Source: a virus (lineage: Duplodnaviria; Caudoviricetes). Taken from it: a stretch of DNA of 27,804 bases. The translations under genes and the position numbers were made by a program. Under the pieces are notes generated by a model. It was not told the origin of the DNA and did not search any database. It saw nothing but the letters and a program-made list of their open reading frames with translations. The stretch lies in IMG/VR virus record IMGVR_UViG_3300022666_000006, positions 1 to 27,804 of that record; one strand, given 5' to 3'. Shown piece after piece: positions 18,574-25,770 of this stretch (position 1 is the first letter of the stretch; the number at the start of each line of letters is the position of its first letter).

Positions 18574-18984
18574 ATGGCTGATGCCGTTACCGTAACCAAA
18601 TTAGCAGAGGACCGCCAGACGGTCACCTACCATCTAACCAACATCTCGGACGGGACCGGCGAATCCGCCGTACAGAAGGTCGACAAGTCCGGCCTGGCCG
18701 GGTTCGACGGGGCTACCGAACCGCTCAAGCTGAAGATATGGGAGATCCGCTGGGCAATCTCCGGGTTCACCGCGGTCAAACTCTTGGCGGACCACACCAC
18801 GGACGATGTGCTGATGGTGCTGGCCGGGAACGGCTACGAGGATTTCGGGGTCTACGGCGGCAAGGCGGATCCTGCGTCTGCCGGCGGGACCGGGGATATT
18901 CTGCTGACCACCGCCGGGGCGTCCGCCGATGCTACCTACGACATCACCGTGACATTTTGGAAGGAAGGTCGGGTGGCCGCATGA
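18574..18984 (+). CDS. Conserved phage structural protein (beta-sandwich; possible head decoration or spike base)
   Basis: MADAVT....LTNISDGTGESAV.KVD.S.L...DF...GG....G.TGDI.LTT...TY.I pattern, recalled from environmental phage virion proteins; GGGGG RBS. Confidence 0.6.
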   Translation: MADAVTVTKLAEDRQTVTYHLTNISDGTGESAVQKVDKSGLAGFDGATEPLKLKIWEIRWAISGFTAVKLLADHTTDDVLMVLAGNGYEDFGVYGGKADPASAGGTGDILLTTAGASADATYDITVTFWKEGRVAA

Positions 18985-21377
18985 TGAGGGGGATGCGTCG
19001 TGCCATGATGCGTGAGAAAGATCAGGCCCGCCAGCGCAAGCGGGCAGTGATGCTGGCGGGCAACAACGGCGGGCGGCAGGACATGTCTACCTTCTTTGCG
19101 CCCCTGACGTCGACCGACAAGGTTCTGTCGCCGGTTCGCGGAGTCGGCCCCGCCACCTTCACCCGCGCCTCTGCCCAATACATCACCGACCATGAGGGCA
19201 ACGCGAGGAAGGTGGGGAGCGGCTCTGTTGCTGTTGAAGGCAGTCGGGTGGTGACGAACTTGCTCACCTACTCAGAAGACCTGAGTAATGCGGCGTGGTC
19301 AATTTCGGTCGTAGGAACTGGTAGTGTAAACATAGGGACTGATAAAAGTGTTACTTTGTCTGCAATAGATAGTGGTGACAGAGCCTACGTTGTACACACG
19401 TTGTCAGGACTTACGGTTAATAGTGGAGAAATCTTACGCGTATCGTGGGAGCAGAATGTGCTTACCGGAACTCCTAACGGTCGCATGTTTTACGTGTATA
19501 ATACGGGTGCAATCACACAAGAGTTTAGAACTTTAATAGGTTCTGGGCGTGTTTCTTCACTTGTAACATTCAACACTACAGCAGTAAATCCTATATTATA
19601 CATAGGTGTGGGTGTTTCATCAGGTGTATCGTCTCCGTATAGTATAAATATCCGTAATATACAAGTTGAAGTTGTCACCGCCCAATCCAATACCAATCCC
19701 GGCGAGTACGTCAAGACAACCTCTGCCGCTGTCAGTAAGTGCTTCAGCACCACCAACGGTAACACGGTCAATGGCACAACTGGTGTCGTCACCGAAGCAA
19801 CCGGGACACCCCTCCCTCAGTCCTACCCTGAACGGGCGAACAGCACAGCCTACTCCCTGAACGACAAGATTCAGGTTTCCGGCTGGTGGTACAACTGCAC
19901 CACGGCTGGAACGTCTGCTGGTTCTGCTCCTACCTTTACGACAGGTAAAGCGGGACTTGTCACGGTCACAGACGGAACGGTGACGTGGACGCTTGGTGGT
20001 CGTCTGCTTCTGGGTTATGTCAGCGAACCTGCCAGCACGAGCAAGGTAACAGCCTATGGTCTTATCCCGGCTGGTAAGCTTGGGAGTGAGTTGAGTGTTA
20101 ATGGAGACTTTGCGTCAGGTGACACAGGATGGGTCCACGGAGATTCTTGGACGCTAGGAAGTGGGGTAGCGGCTGCAAACTCTAGCGTTGACGCTGTGAT
20201 GTATCAGTCAGTTGTAACCTTGGGAAAAATGTATCAGTTGTCCTACCAAGTTACTGCAATCACTAGTGGAGGTTTCACGGCGAGAGTTGGTGGAGTCGTT
20301 GGAACTACTCGCACAACTACAGGCACCTTTACGGAAATACTAGGACCAGCGGCTACCACAGGCGCAGGAATCGCTACAGTTGGTGCAACAGTTGGCAGTG
20401 TCGACAACATATCAATCAAAGAAGTCACATGGGCAGTAGGCACCAAGAGCTACTGGACCGGTTCCGCATTTCAGCAGAACATCACCGGCCTCACCCTCAG
20501 CGGTGACACTGCGGGCCTTGTAAAGGTTGCCGACGGGACCACCCTTGTAACCACTGCCGGTTTGCTCGGCATCAATGCCAATGGCAAAGTCTACGAAGCA
20601 GACAACACGCTCGGACCAACTCCTTCCGTCATTACCTTTGCTGGCACAACCGGGAACACGAACAAGCACAGCGGAGCACTCTACATTGCCAAACTCAGCG
20701 GCGGCGGTACGTCTACCATTGAGATAAACGGCACCACGACCGCCATTACCTCGGCGGCATTGACACGGGTGAAGGTGGAGGACGTAACCACCGCATCAGG
20801 GTCGCAACTCATCCTGAACGTGGGCGCGGGGGATAAGGTTCAATTTCTCCTAATGGGATTGTCCGAGGCATCCTTTGTGTCCTCCATCATGCCCACGGCG
20901 GGGAGTACGGCTACGAGGGCGGCAACGAGTCTGAGCTATCCTGTGTCCAACATCAAGGATGCAGCCGGGACGGTGTATGTTGAATACTTCTCTCCACTGG
21001 CAACGACTGTCGGGGATATGCGTTTGTTGGGTTGTACGGGAAACGGTGGCGAGACGCCCATCCTGACCAACACGACGAAATCCGTCGAACTGTACGACGG
21101 GAGCACGATCCCGACCGGCCCGGCAGTTGCCCCGAGCACGACCGCGGTCAACAGGGTGCTTACCAGGTGGAATGCCACCGCGGGCAAATTGAAGGCTTTT
21201 GCCGGCGGTCAGGCAGGAACCGAGGGGGTCTATGACGGTACGTTCGGCATGACCAGTGTTGATGTCGGTTCGGGCCGGGCGGTTGGTGATGCCCGCTTTA
21301 CCGGGTACATCCGCAACGTCAAGGTCTGGAACTGGGCGCTTTCCGACATACAGTGCATAAAGGAGATCACGAAATGA
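18981..21377 (+). CDS. Head spike / fibre-like adhesin with carbohydrate-binding modules and a C-terminal ConA/LamG-like domain
   Basis: Likely start is ATG 18981 (ATGA overlap), giving 798 aa. TFTRAS...D..G, E..R.TNLLTYSEDLSN.AW, SS..PT.GS.ATRAA, GTVYVE and G.IRNVKVWN.ALSD motifs; Thr/Gly/Ser-rich. Confidence 0.72.
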   Translation: MMRGMRRAMMREKDQARQRKRAVMLAGNNGGRQDMSTFFAPLTSTDKVLSPVRGVGPATFTRASAQYITDHEGNARKVGSGSVAVEGSRVVTNLLTYSEDLSNAAWSISVVGTGSVNIGTDKSVTLSAIDSGDRAYVVHTLSGLTVNSGEILRVSWEQNVLTGTPNGRMFYVYNTGAITQEFRTLIGSGRVSSLVTFNTTAVNPILYIGVGVSSGVSSPYSINIRNIQVEVVTAQSNTNPGEYVKTTSAAVSKCFSTTNGNTVNGTTGVVTEATGTPLPQSYPERANSTAYSLNDKIQVSGWWYNCTTAGTSAGSAPTFTTGKAGLVTVTDGTVTWTLGGRLLLGYVSEPASTSKVTAYGLIPAGKLGSELSVNGDFASGDTGWVHGDSWTLGSGVAAANSSVDAVMYQSVVTLGKMYQLSYQVTAITSGGFTARVGGVVGTTRTTTGTFTEILGPAATTGAGIATVGATVGSVDNISIKEVTWAVGTKSYWTGSAFQQNITGLTLSGDTAGLVKVADGTTLVTTAGLLGINANGKVYEADNTLGPTPSVITFAGTTGNTNKHSGALYIAKLSGGGTSTIEINGTTTAITSAALTRVKVEDVTTASGSQLILNVGAGDKVQFLLMGLSEASFVSSIMPTAGSTATRAATSLSYPVSNIKDAAGTVYVEYFSPLATTVGDMRLLGCTGNGGETPILTNTTKSVELYDGSTIPTGPAVAPSTTAVNRVLTRWNATAGKLKAFAGGQAGTEGVYDGTFGMTSVDVGSGRAVGDARFTGYIRNVKVWNWALSDIQCIKEITK

Positions 21378-21775
21378 TAACACTTGCAATCCAGCTCAAG
21401 ACCGACCTGGCCGATACCGCATTCACGCCGCAGGAGACCGGCTACTGGCTGCCCTGTCTGGTAGCCTCGGCACAATTCCTCCAGCAGCTGAATCTGGCGC
21501 TGGAGCCCCAACTGATCCACGGCCCCATCCCGTGCAACCCGGTAGCCGACCATACCGAGGGCTACCTGGGGAATATCAACACGCCCCCCAATGAGTTCGG
21601 CGTTGTCCAGGTCCGCATCGAGAACTATGCCGCGCTGAAGATCCCATTCCTGCCGCCCGAGGCACCGTTCGTTATCTACCTGGGCGACACCTCGGAGCGG
21701 AAGGAGATCGGCACCGACGAGGCAGGCAACCCGATTTACGAGACCGTGCTGGCCGGTAGCTTTTCCGGCGACTGA
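21374..21775 (+). CDS. Hypothetical protein coupled to the spike gene (possible assembly chaperone or tip protein)
   Basis: ATG 21374 overlaps the spike TGA; AGGAG RBS; 133 aa; last gene before the terminator. Confidence 0.6.
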   Translation: MITLAIQLKTDLADTAFTPQETGYWLPCLVASAQFLQQLNLALEPQLIHGPIPCNPVADHTEGYLGNINTPPNEFGVVQVRIENYAALKIPFLPPEAPFVIYLGDTSERKEIGTDEAGNPIYETVLAGSFSGD

Positions 21776-21817
21776 TTCCCTCCCCAAACCTCCGCAGCAA
21801 CCTCCCACCTCTCCCTT

Positions 21818-21844
21818 GCCCGTCAGCGATGACGGGCTTTTTTT
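21818..21844 (+). terminator. Intrinsic terminator ending the late operon
   Basis: GCCCGTCA-GCGA-TGACGGGC followed by TTTTTTT; overlaps the 3' end of the convergent integrase ORF. Confidence 0.9.
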
Positions 21845-22620
21845 ATTGGCACCACGTTGTCCTTGCCGAGCCTCCCGGCGTGGCGCAGGATGTAGGCAGC
21901 GACGATCTCCACAGTACGGCGCAGGTCTGCCATGTGGAACTGGATATAGCCCGCCGTCACGTCCTGCGGGAGTGCGTGGTTGACCAGGCGCTTAATGGTC
22001 AGTACGGGGACGCGGAGCGTCTCGCAGTAGGTTTGGAATGTGCGGCGCAGGTCGTGTAATATCAGGTCTGCTCCGCCCCGGCTTGCCATCGATTCCAGCG
22101 CATAGCGGCAGTCCACCAGATGCCCTGTCTTGCTCCGAGTCGAGGGGAACACATATCCATCGTCGGACAGCCTGAAAAACTCGGCGTGCTCCTTCAGAAG
22201 CTCCACAAGGTAGGAGCAGATCGGGATGTCGAGCGGTTCGCCTGTCTTGGTATCGACAACGTACATGGTCCCCTGCTCCAGATCCAGGTCGATCCACCGC
22301 AGGGCGAAAATCTCCATCTTCCGTGCGCCGGTAAAAAGCAGCATCTTGAGCGCAACCCTGACGTTTGGCTCCCCGGCATCCTCGGCCAGGTCAAACCATG
22401 CCCTAAGCTCCTCGGGGCGCAGATAGCCCGTCCTGGTCTTGAGCTTGTGCCATGACTTTGTGGCCGAAAGGATAGCGACCGGGTTGATGGGCAGCGCGTC
22501 ATCGTGTACCAGCATCGCCAGGTTGGCCACGACCCGGTTACATGCAGCATCTCCCCGAACTGTCTCCTGTTCAGCCCCCCTGGCCTCGCGCACTGCCTTT
22601 AACTTTTCCTTTAGATCCAT
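21823..22620 (-). CDS. int: N-terminally truncated tyrosine integrase fused to the start of a repressor gene
   Basis: Catalytic R (TGARKME), K (DTKTG), HxxR (HDLRR), H (VNH) and Y (TAGY) are all present, plus a C-terminal NVVPI tail. Only about 60 aa precede the catalytic domain. GAGG RBS 6 nt upstream. Confidence 0.88.
   Translation of the reverse strand: MDLKEKLKAVREARGAEQETVRGDAACNRVVANLAMLVHDDALPINPVAILSATKSWHKLKTRTGYLRPEELRAWFDLAEDAGEPNVRVALKMLLFTGARKMEIFALRWIDLDLEQGTMYVVDTKTGEPLDIPICSYLVELLKEHAEFFRLSDDGYVFPSTRSKTGHLVDCRYALESMASRGGADLILHDLRRTFQTYCETLRVPVLTIKRLVNHALPQDVTAGYIQFHMADLRRTVEIVAAYILRHAGRLGKDNVVPIKKARHR
22527..22620 (-). pseudogene. 5' remnant of an XRE/cI-type HTH repressor
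   Basis: Removing one G from the G6 run (C6 at 22575-22580 on the + strand) gives MDLKEKLKAVREARGLNRRQFGEMLHVTGSW, the XRE pattern (L+..R...G.....A..L.V...). It sits in the cI position, divergent from the Cro/Ner-like gene. Confidence 0.75.
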
Positions 22621-22639
22621 CCCGTACCTCTCATAACAA

Positions 22640-22668
22640 ATTATTCAACCCAGTTCAATTTGATACAA
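22640..22668 (-). promoter_or_regulatory. Leftward PRM-like sigma70 promoter
   Basis: On the - strand, TTGTAT (22668-22663), a 17-nt spacer, then AATAAT (22645-22640), just upstream of the RBS and ATG at 22620. Confidence 0.55.
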
Positions 22669-22717
22669 TTTTTTCTTGACAGGCTCAACTAAGTGGATTA
22701 TAGTTCAATTCAGTTGA
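22645..22717. promoter_or_regulatory. Three palindromic operators, consensus TCAACT-N-AGTTGA
   Basis: TCAACCCAGTTCA (22645-22657), TCAACTAAGTGGA (22685-22697) and TCAATTCAGTTGA (22705-22717), plus a half-site TCAACT at 22735-22740. Confidence 0.8.
22676..22704 (+). promoter_or_regulatory. Rightward PR-like sigma70 promoter of the early operon
   Basis: TTGACA (22676-22681), a 17-nt spacer, then TATAGT (22699-22704). Confidence 0.88.
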
Positions 22718-22789
22718 GCGACATACCGATTTATTCAACTATGATTCAATATTTGTAACCATATACCACTAGATGGAGATTTGTCAATT

Positions 22790-22984
22790 ATGACGCTAAA
22801 CCTTACTGCCAAAAAAATCAGGTCCAAAGGCTTGACGGTCAAGGCTTGGGCGGCGCAGCACGGCTACCCGTACCAGACCGTGATCAAGGTGCTGCATGGG
22901 TACACGGGAAAAAGAAGCGCCAGCCTCGCGCTGGAGATACTGGACAGACTAAGGACCGACGGGTTCCTGGAGGAGGCGAAATGA
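22790..22984 (+). CDS. Ner/Cro-like small HTH DNA-binding protein
   Basis: IRSKGLTVKAWAAQHGYPYQTVIKVLHG HTH; first gene after PR. Start is ATG 22790 or TTG 22781. Confidence 0.8.
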   Translation: MTLNLTAKKIRSKGLTVKAWAAQHGYPYQTVIKVLHGYTGKRSASLALEILDRLRTDGFLEEAK

Positions 22985-23169
22985 GCAACTGTTACACGAC
23001 GAAAGAACTCAGCGAGATGCTCGGGATTTCTGCCGGGAAACTGGCTACCGAGCGGATGAAGGGTAAAGGGATTCCCTTTGTGAAGATCGGCGGGGCGGTG
23101 AGATACCGCAAGAAAGACGTGGAGTCCTACCTGGAGAACAACCTGCGCCGCACGGTCGCAGACAAATAA
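22981..23169 (+). CDS. xis: Excisionase-like HTH (HTH_17 type) protein
   Basis: ATG 22981 (ATGA overlap); YTTKELSEMLGIS...R..GKGIPFVKIGGAVRYRKKDV. Confidence 0.8.
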   Translation: MSNCYTTKELSEMLGISAGKLATERMKGKGIPFVKIGGAVRYRKKDVESYLENNLRRTVADK

Positions 23170-23188
23170 CAGCGGGAAGGGAGAGGTC

Positions 23189-24109
23189 ATGAAGGTAACG
23201 AAGAGCGTAAGGCAGTGCGTGATGGATGTTCTGGAAGGTGCTGAAGGGTCCATGTCGGTGTGCGAGATCTACCGGAAGATGCACCGGGAATTGTTCTCGC
23301 ACGTTCGGAAGGAAAAGGCGACCGCTCTGATCAAGGGTGCCCTCGACGTCCTGAAGGCGCATGGCTCCATCAATGCCAGTACGACAGAGAAGCTCAATCC
23401 CGGCGGCGGCATGGTCGAAGTGCCGGTCTATTACGCAGTGCGCCAGGGCGTGCTTGAGATGGCGAAGCCTTCCCGCAAGCATATCTTCAGCGGCGGCGAA
23501 CTGGAGACCATCATCAAGGGCATGGCCCCGCCCTTCACCTTGGAAGCCGTGGTTGACTCCGTACCCGAAACGCTCGACCGCCGCGACGTGAGCAATGCCG
23601 TGGCCTGCAAGATTCATCGGATGGTCGTTGCTGGCGAATTGCGGGTTGTCGGAAAAACGTACTCCCGCAACGGTCGCACCATGCGGATATACGATTTCCC
23701 CGAAGAACAGACCCCGCAAGCCCCCCCTGCCCCCACCGAAGATCCCAAGGGCGGCACATTCTATTTCAAACATTTCCCCGTTCGCACGCTAGTCAAGGAC
23801 GGCAAAACCCTGTTCAACGCGAGAGACATAGCGTCCATTCTCGGTTTCCTCGACCCGGAGGAGGCGGTGGCGAACTACTGCGAGCGCGTGGACAGCGGCA
23901 TGGTGTCCGCGACCGGGTGCAGCCGGATGATTTTTGTCTCGAAGACCGGTAACAAATACGACCTGGTGGAGTGGCTGATCGACGTGGGCGGCAAGGTGCG
24001 GACTGTCGACCCAGAACCGTCCGTGGAGCTTCAGCAGGCAATCGAAACGATAACAGCGCTGCAAGGCAGGCTTGAGCGGATCGAGCAGACGCTTTGGCCG
24101 GCGGCGTAA
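23189..24109 (+). CDS. Bro-N domain protein with N-terminal tandem winged-helix-like domains (antirepressor-like)
   Basis: C-terminal F....VRTLVKDGKTLFNARDIASILGF.DP..AV..YC is the Bro-N pattern; GGAGAGG RBS. Confidence 0.65.
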   Translation: MKVTKSVRQCVMDVLEGAEGSMSVCEIYRKMHRELFSHVRKEKATALIKGALDVLKAHGSINASTTEKLNPGGGMVEVPVYYAVRQGVLEMAKPSRKHIFSGGELETIIKGMAPPFTLEAVVDSVPETLDRRDVSNAVACKIHRMVVAGELRVVGKTYSRNGRTMRIYDFPEEQTPQAPPAPTEDPKGGTFYFKHFPVRTLVKDGKTLFNARDIASILGFLDPEEAVANYCERVDSGMVSATGCSRMIFVSKTGNKYDLVEWLIDVGGKVRTVDPEPSVELQQAIETITALQGRLERIEQTLWPAA

Positions 24110-24123
24110 AAAGGAGACCCCCC

Positions 24124-24267
24124 ATGTTCACCCACATCGCATGTGTAATGGCAGGAGCCTGGTTCGGAATGCTGATCATGTGCCTGGTGCAGGCCAACCG
24201 GGAATGTCGGCGAGAGATAGACGAGGAGATCCAGAGGTTCAACGATGACCTTGGAGGGAGGTTCTGA
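24124..24267 (+). CDS. 47-aa small membrane protein (not in ORF track)
   Basis: MFTHIACVMAGAWFGMLIMCLVQANRECRREIDEEIQRFNDDLGGRF*; AAGGAG RBS; G...G...MCL.Q pattern resembles DUF3789-like phage peptides. Confidence 0.65.
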   Translation: MFTHIACVMAGAWFGMLIMCLVQANRECRREIDEEIQRFNDDLGGRF

Positions 24268-24268
24268 A

Positions 24269-24553
24269 ATGTACGACTACTACGAGCACAAGCACCGGAG
24301 ACAGAACCAGGACCTGCGCCCGTGGGCCTGCTGCGCGGTTATCCTGCTGGTGATCACGATTGTCGCGATAGTCCATTCCTGCACCGCAAAAGAGCGGCAG
24401 CAGCAGGCGATTGACGAGGTAAGTCTCGGCATCCTCACCCATGACCAGCAGGTCGAGGTGTGGGACCGGACCATCCACGACGCGGACCGGGAGATAACGG
24501 CGCTCGACCGGGTGCTGGTCGACAAGGTTGAGAGCGATTGGAGGAAGAGGTGA
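24269..24553 (+). CDS. Hypothetical single-TM protein
   Basis: ATG 24269 after GGAGG; hydrophobic WACCAVILLVITIVAIV segment. Confidence 0.6.
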   Translation: MYDYYEHKHRRQNQDLRPWACCAVILLVITIVAIVHSCTAKERQQQAIDEVSLGILTHDQQVEVWDRTIHDADREITALDRVLVDKVESDWRKR

Positions 24554-24657
24554 GAGCGGAAGACGAAGACCCTTGCGACCACGATTGGCGCTTTGTGGGC
24601 AATGACGATGTTGACCTTTACGAGTGTCGACGGTGCGGAAAGGTGGTGGAGAGATGA
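24550..24657 (+). CDS. 35-aa Zn-finger microprotein (not in ORF track)
   Basis: GTG start. MRAEDEDPCDHDWRFVGNDDVDLYECRRCGKVVER* has C-x-H-x-W...CxxCG; start and stop overlap both neighbours (GTGA and ATGA). Confidence 0.65.
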   Translation: MRAEDEDPCDHDWRFVGNDDVDLYECRRCGKVVER

Positions 24658-24836
24658 AGCTGATCATTGAATGTGCAGACTGCGAAACCCCGTTGCAAAC
24701 CCACACGAAACTGGACGGCGACAAACTGACCATGATGGTCGAGCCCTGCCCGCGCTGCATCGCCGCAAAGATCATGCTCGCGGATCAGCCGTGGGTGAGG
24801 AAAGAACTTTTGAAAGAGGGAGGGTGGCATGAGTGA
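24654..24836 (+). CDS. Small CxxC...CxxC protein
   Basis: MKLIIECADCE...VEPCPRC; ATGA overlap with the upstream ORF. Confidence 0.6.
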   Translation: MKLIIECADCETPLQTHTKLDGDKLTMMVEPCPRCIAAKIMLADQPWVRKELLKEGGWHE

Positions 24837-25770
24837 ATTGACGATAGTAAACGCACCGCTGACGAAGCAGGCGGTAATTGCTCAGAAGCGGTTGATCCAG
24901 GAAGTAATGGAAGCCGTCATGAAAGAAGGAACGCATTTCGGCACCATACCGGGATGCAAGCAGCCGAGTCTTTACAAGGCCGGGAGTGAGGCGATCCTTT
25001 CCACGTTCCGCATCTCCGTTGACCCGTCCGTGGAAGACCTTTCAACGCCCGACTGCTACCGCTACCGGGTCACGTTGCGCGGCGTGGTGCCATCCGGTGA
25101 GATCGTCGGCGCAGGCGTGGGGGAGTGCTCCACCGATGAGGAGAAATACCGCTGGCGTGGTGTGGTGTGCGATGAGGAGTTTGACGCCACACCCGAGGAC
25201 CGGCGTCGCATCAAGTGGATCAAGGGGTACAACAACGGCGCGGCCAAAGGGTTGAAGCAGGTCCGCACAAATCCCGCCGATCTCGCCAATACCGTGTTGA
25301 AGATGGCGAAGAAGCGGGCGCAAATTGACCTCACCTTGACCGCTACCGGGGCATCAGATGTCTTCGCGCAAGATTTGGAGGATCTGCCGGAAGAGGTCCG
25401 CGACGGGCTGGCCGATGAGCATCCGCCGTCCAAGGGCAAGCCCGAGGTCCGTCAGCCGGAACGCAAGGCCGCGCCGCAACAACAGAACGGCACCATCACC
25501 GAGTCACAAAAGAAGCTGATATTCGCCCGCCTCAGGTCCGCAAACATCGAGCCGGAAGCGTTCTGCTCCCACTACAAAATCGAATCCATCACCGATCTTC
25601 CGTTTGCCGAGATGAACGCCGCGCTGGAAGCCATCAAGAACGGGGAGATCCGGGCAGTCGAGGCGAAAGAGCAGGCATTGCCCGAGGTGTGCGCCGAGTG
25701 TCAACAGCCGATAATCAACGGGGCATGTCGCAACCCGAGTTGCCCTGAAGGGCGGCCCGCAGATGAGTAA
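24829..25770 (+). CDS. Putative single-strand annealing/recombination protein with C-terminal Zn finger
   Basis: HFGTIPGC..PSLYKAG.E, G.G.CST.E.KY and NTVLKMAKKRA.ID.TL....SDVF.QDLED motifs; adjacent to an exonuclease gene. Confidence 0.65.
   Translation: MSELTIVNAPLTKQAVIAQKRLIQEVMEAVMKEGTHFGTIPGCKQPSLYKAGSEAILSTFRISVDPSVEDLSTPDCYRYRVTLRGVVPSGEIVGAGVGECSTDEEKYRWRGVVCDEEFDATPEDRRRIKWIKGYNNGAAKGLKQVRTNPADLANTVLKMAKKRAQIDLTLTATGASDVFAQDLEDLPEEVRDGLADEHPPSKGKPEVRQPERKAAPQQQNGTITESQKKLIFARLRSANIEPEAFCSHYKIESITDLPFAEMNAALEAIKNGEIRAVEAKEQALPEVCAECQQPIINGACRNPSCPEGRPADE

Noticed and set aside
18738-18980. 81-aa N-terminal extension of the 879-aa ORF
   Set aside because: It overlaps the well-formed 18574-18984 gene in another frame; the ATGA-coupled start at 18981 is more plausible.
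14931-21775. Diversity-generating retroelement, as in BPP-1
   Set aside because: No reverse transcriptase, Avd-like gene or TR/VR repeat pair differing at adenines was seen near either fibre gene in this window.
22194-22550. 118-aa minus-strand ORF as an intact repressor or separate gene
   Set aside because: Only the first 8 residues (MLHVTGSW) fit the HTH remnant; the rest is an alternative frame of the integrase.
22641-22750. TTCAA repeats as a CRISPR array or replication iterons
   Set aside because: They are short palindromic 13-mers overlapping promoters, without unique spacers, and are better explained as operators.
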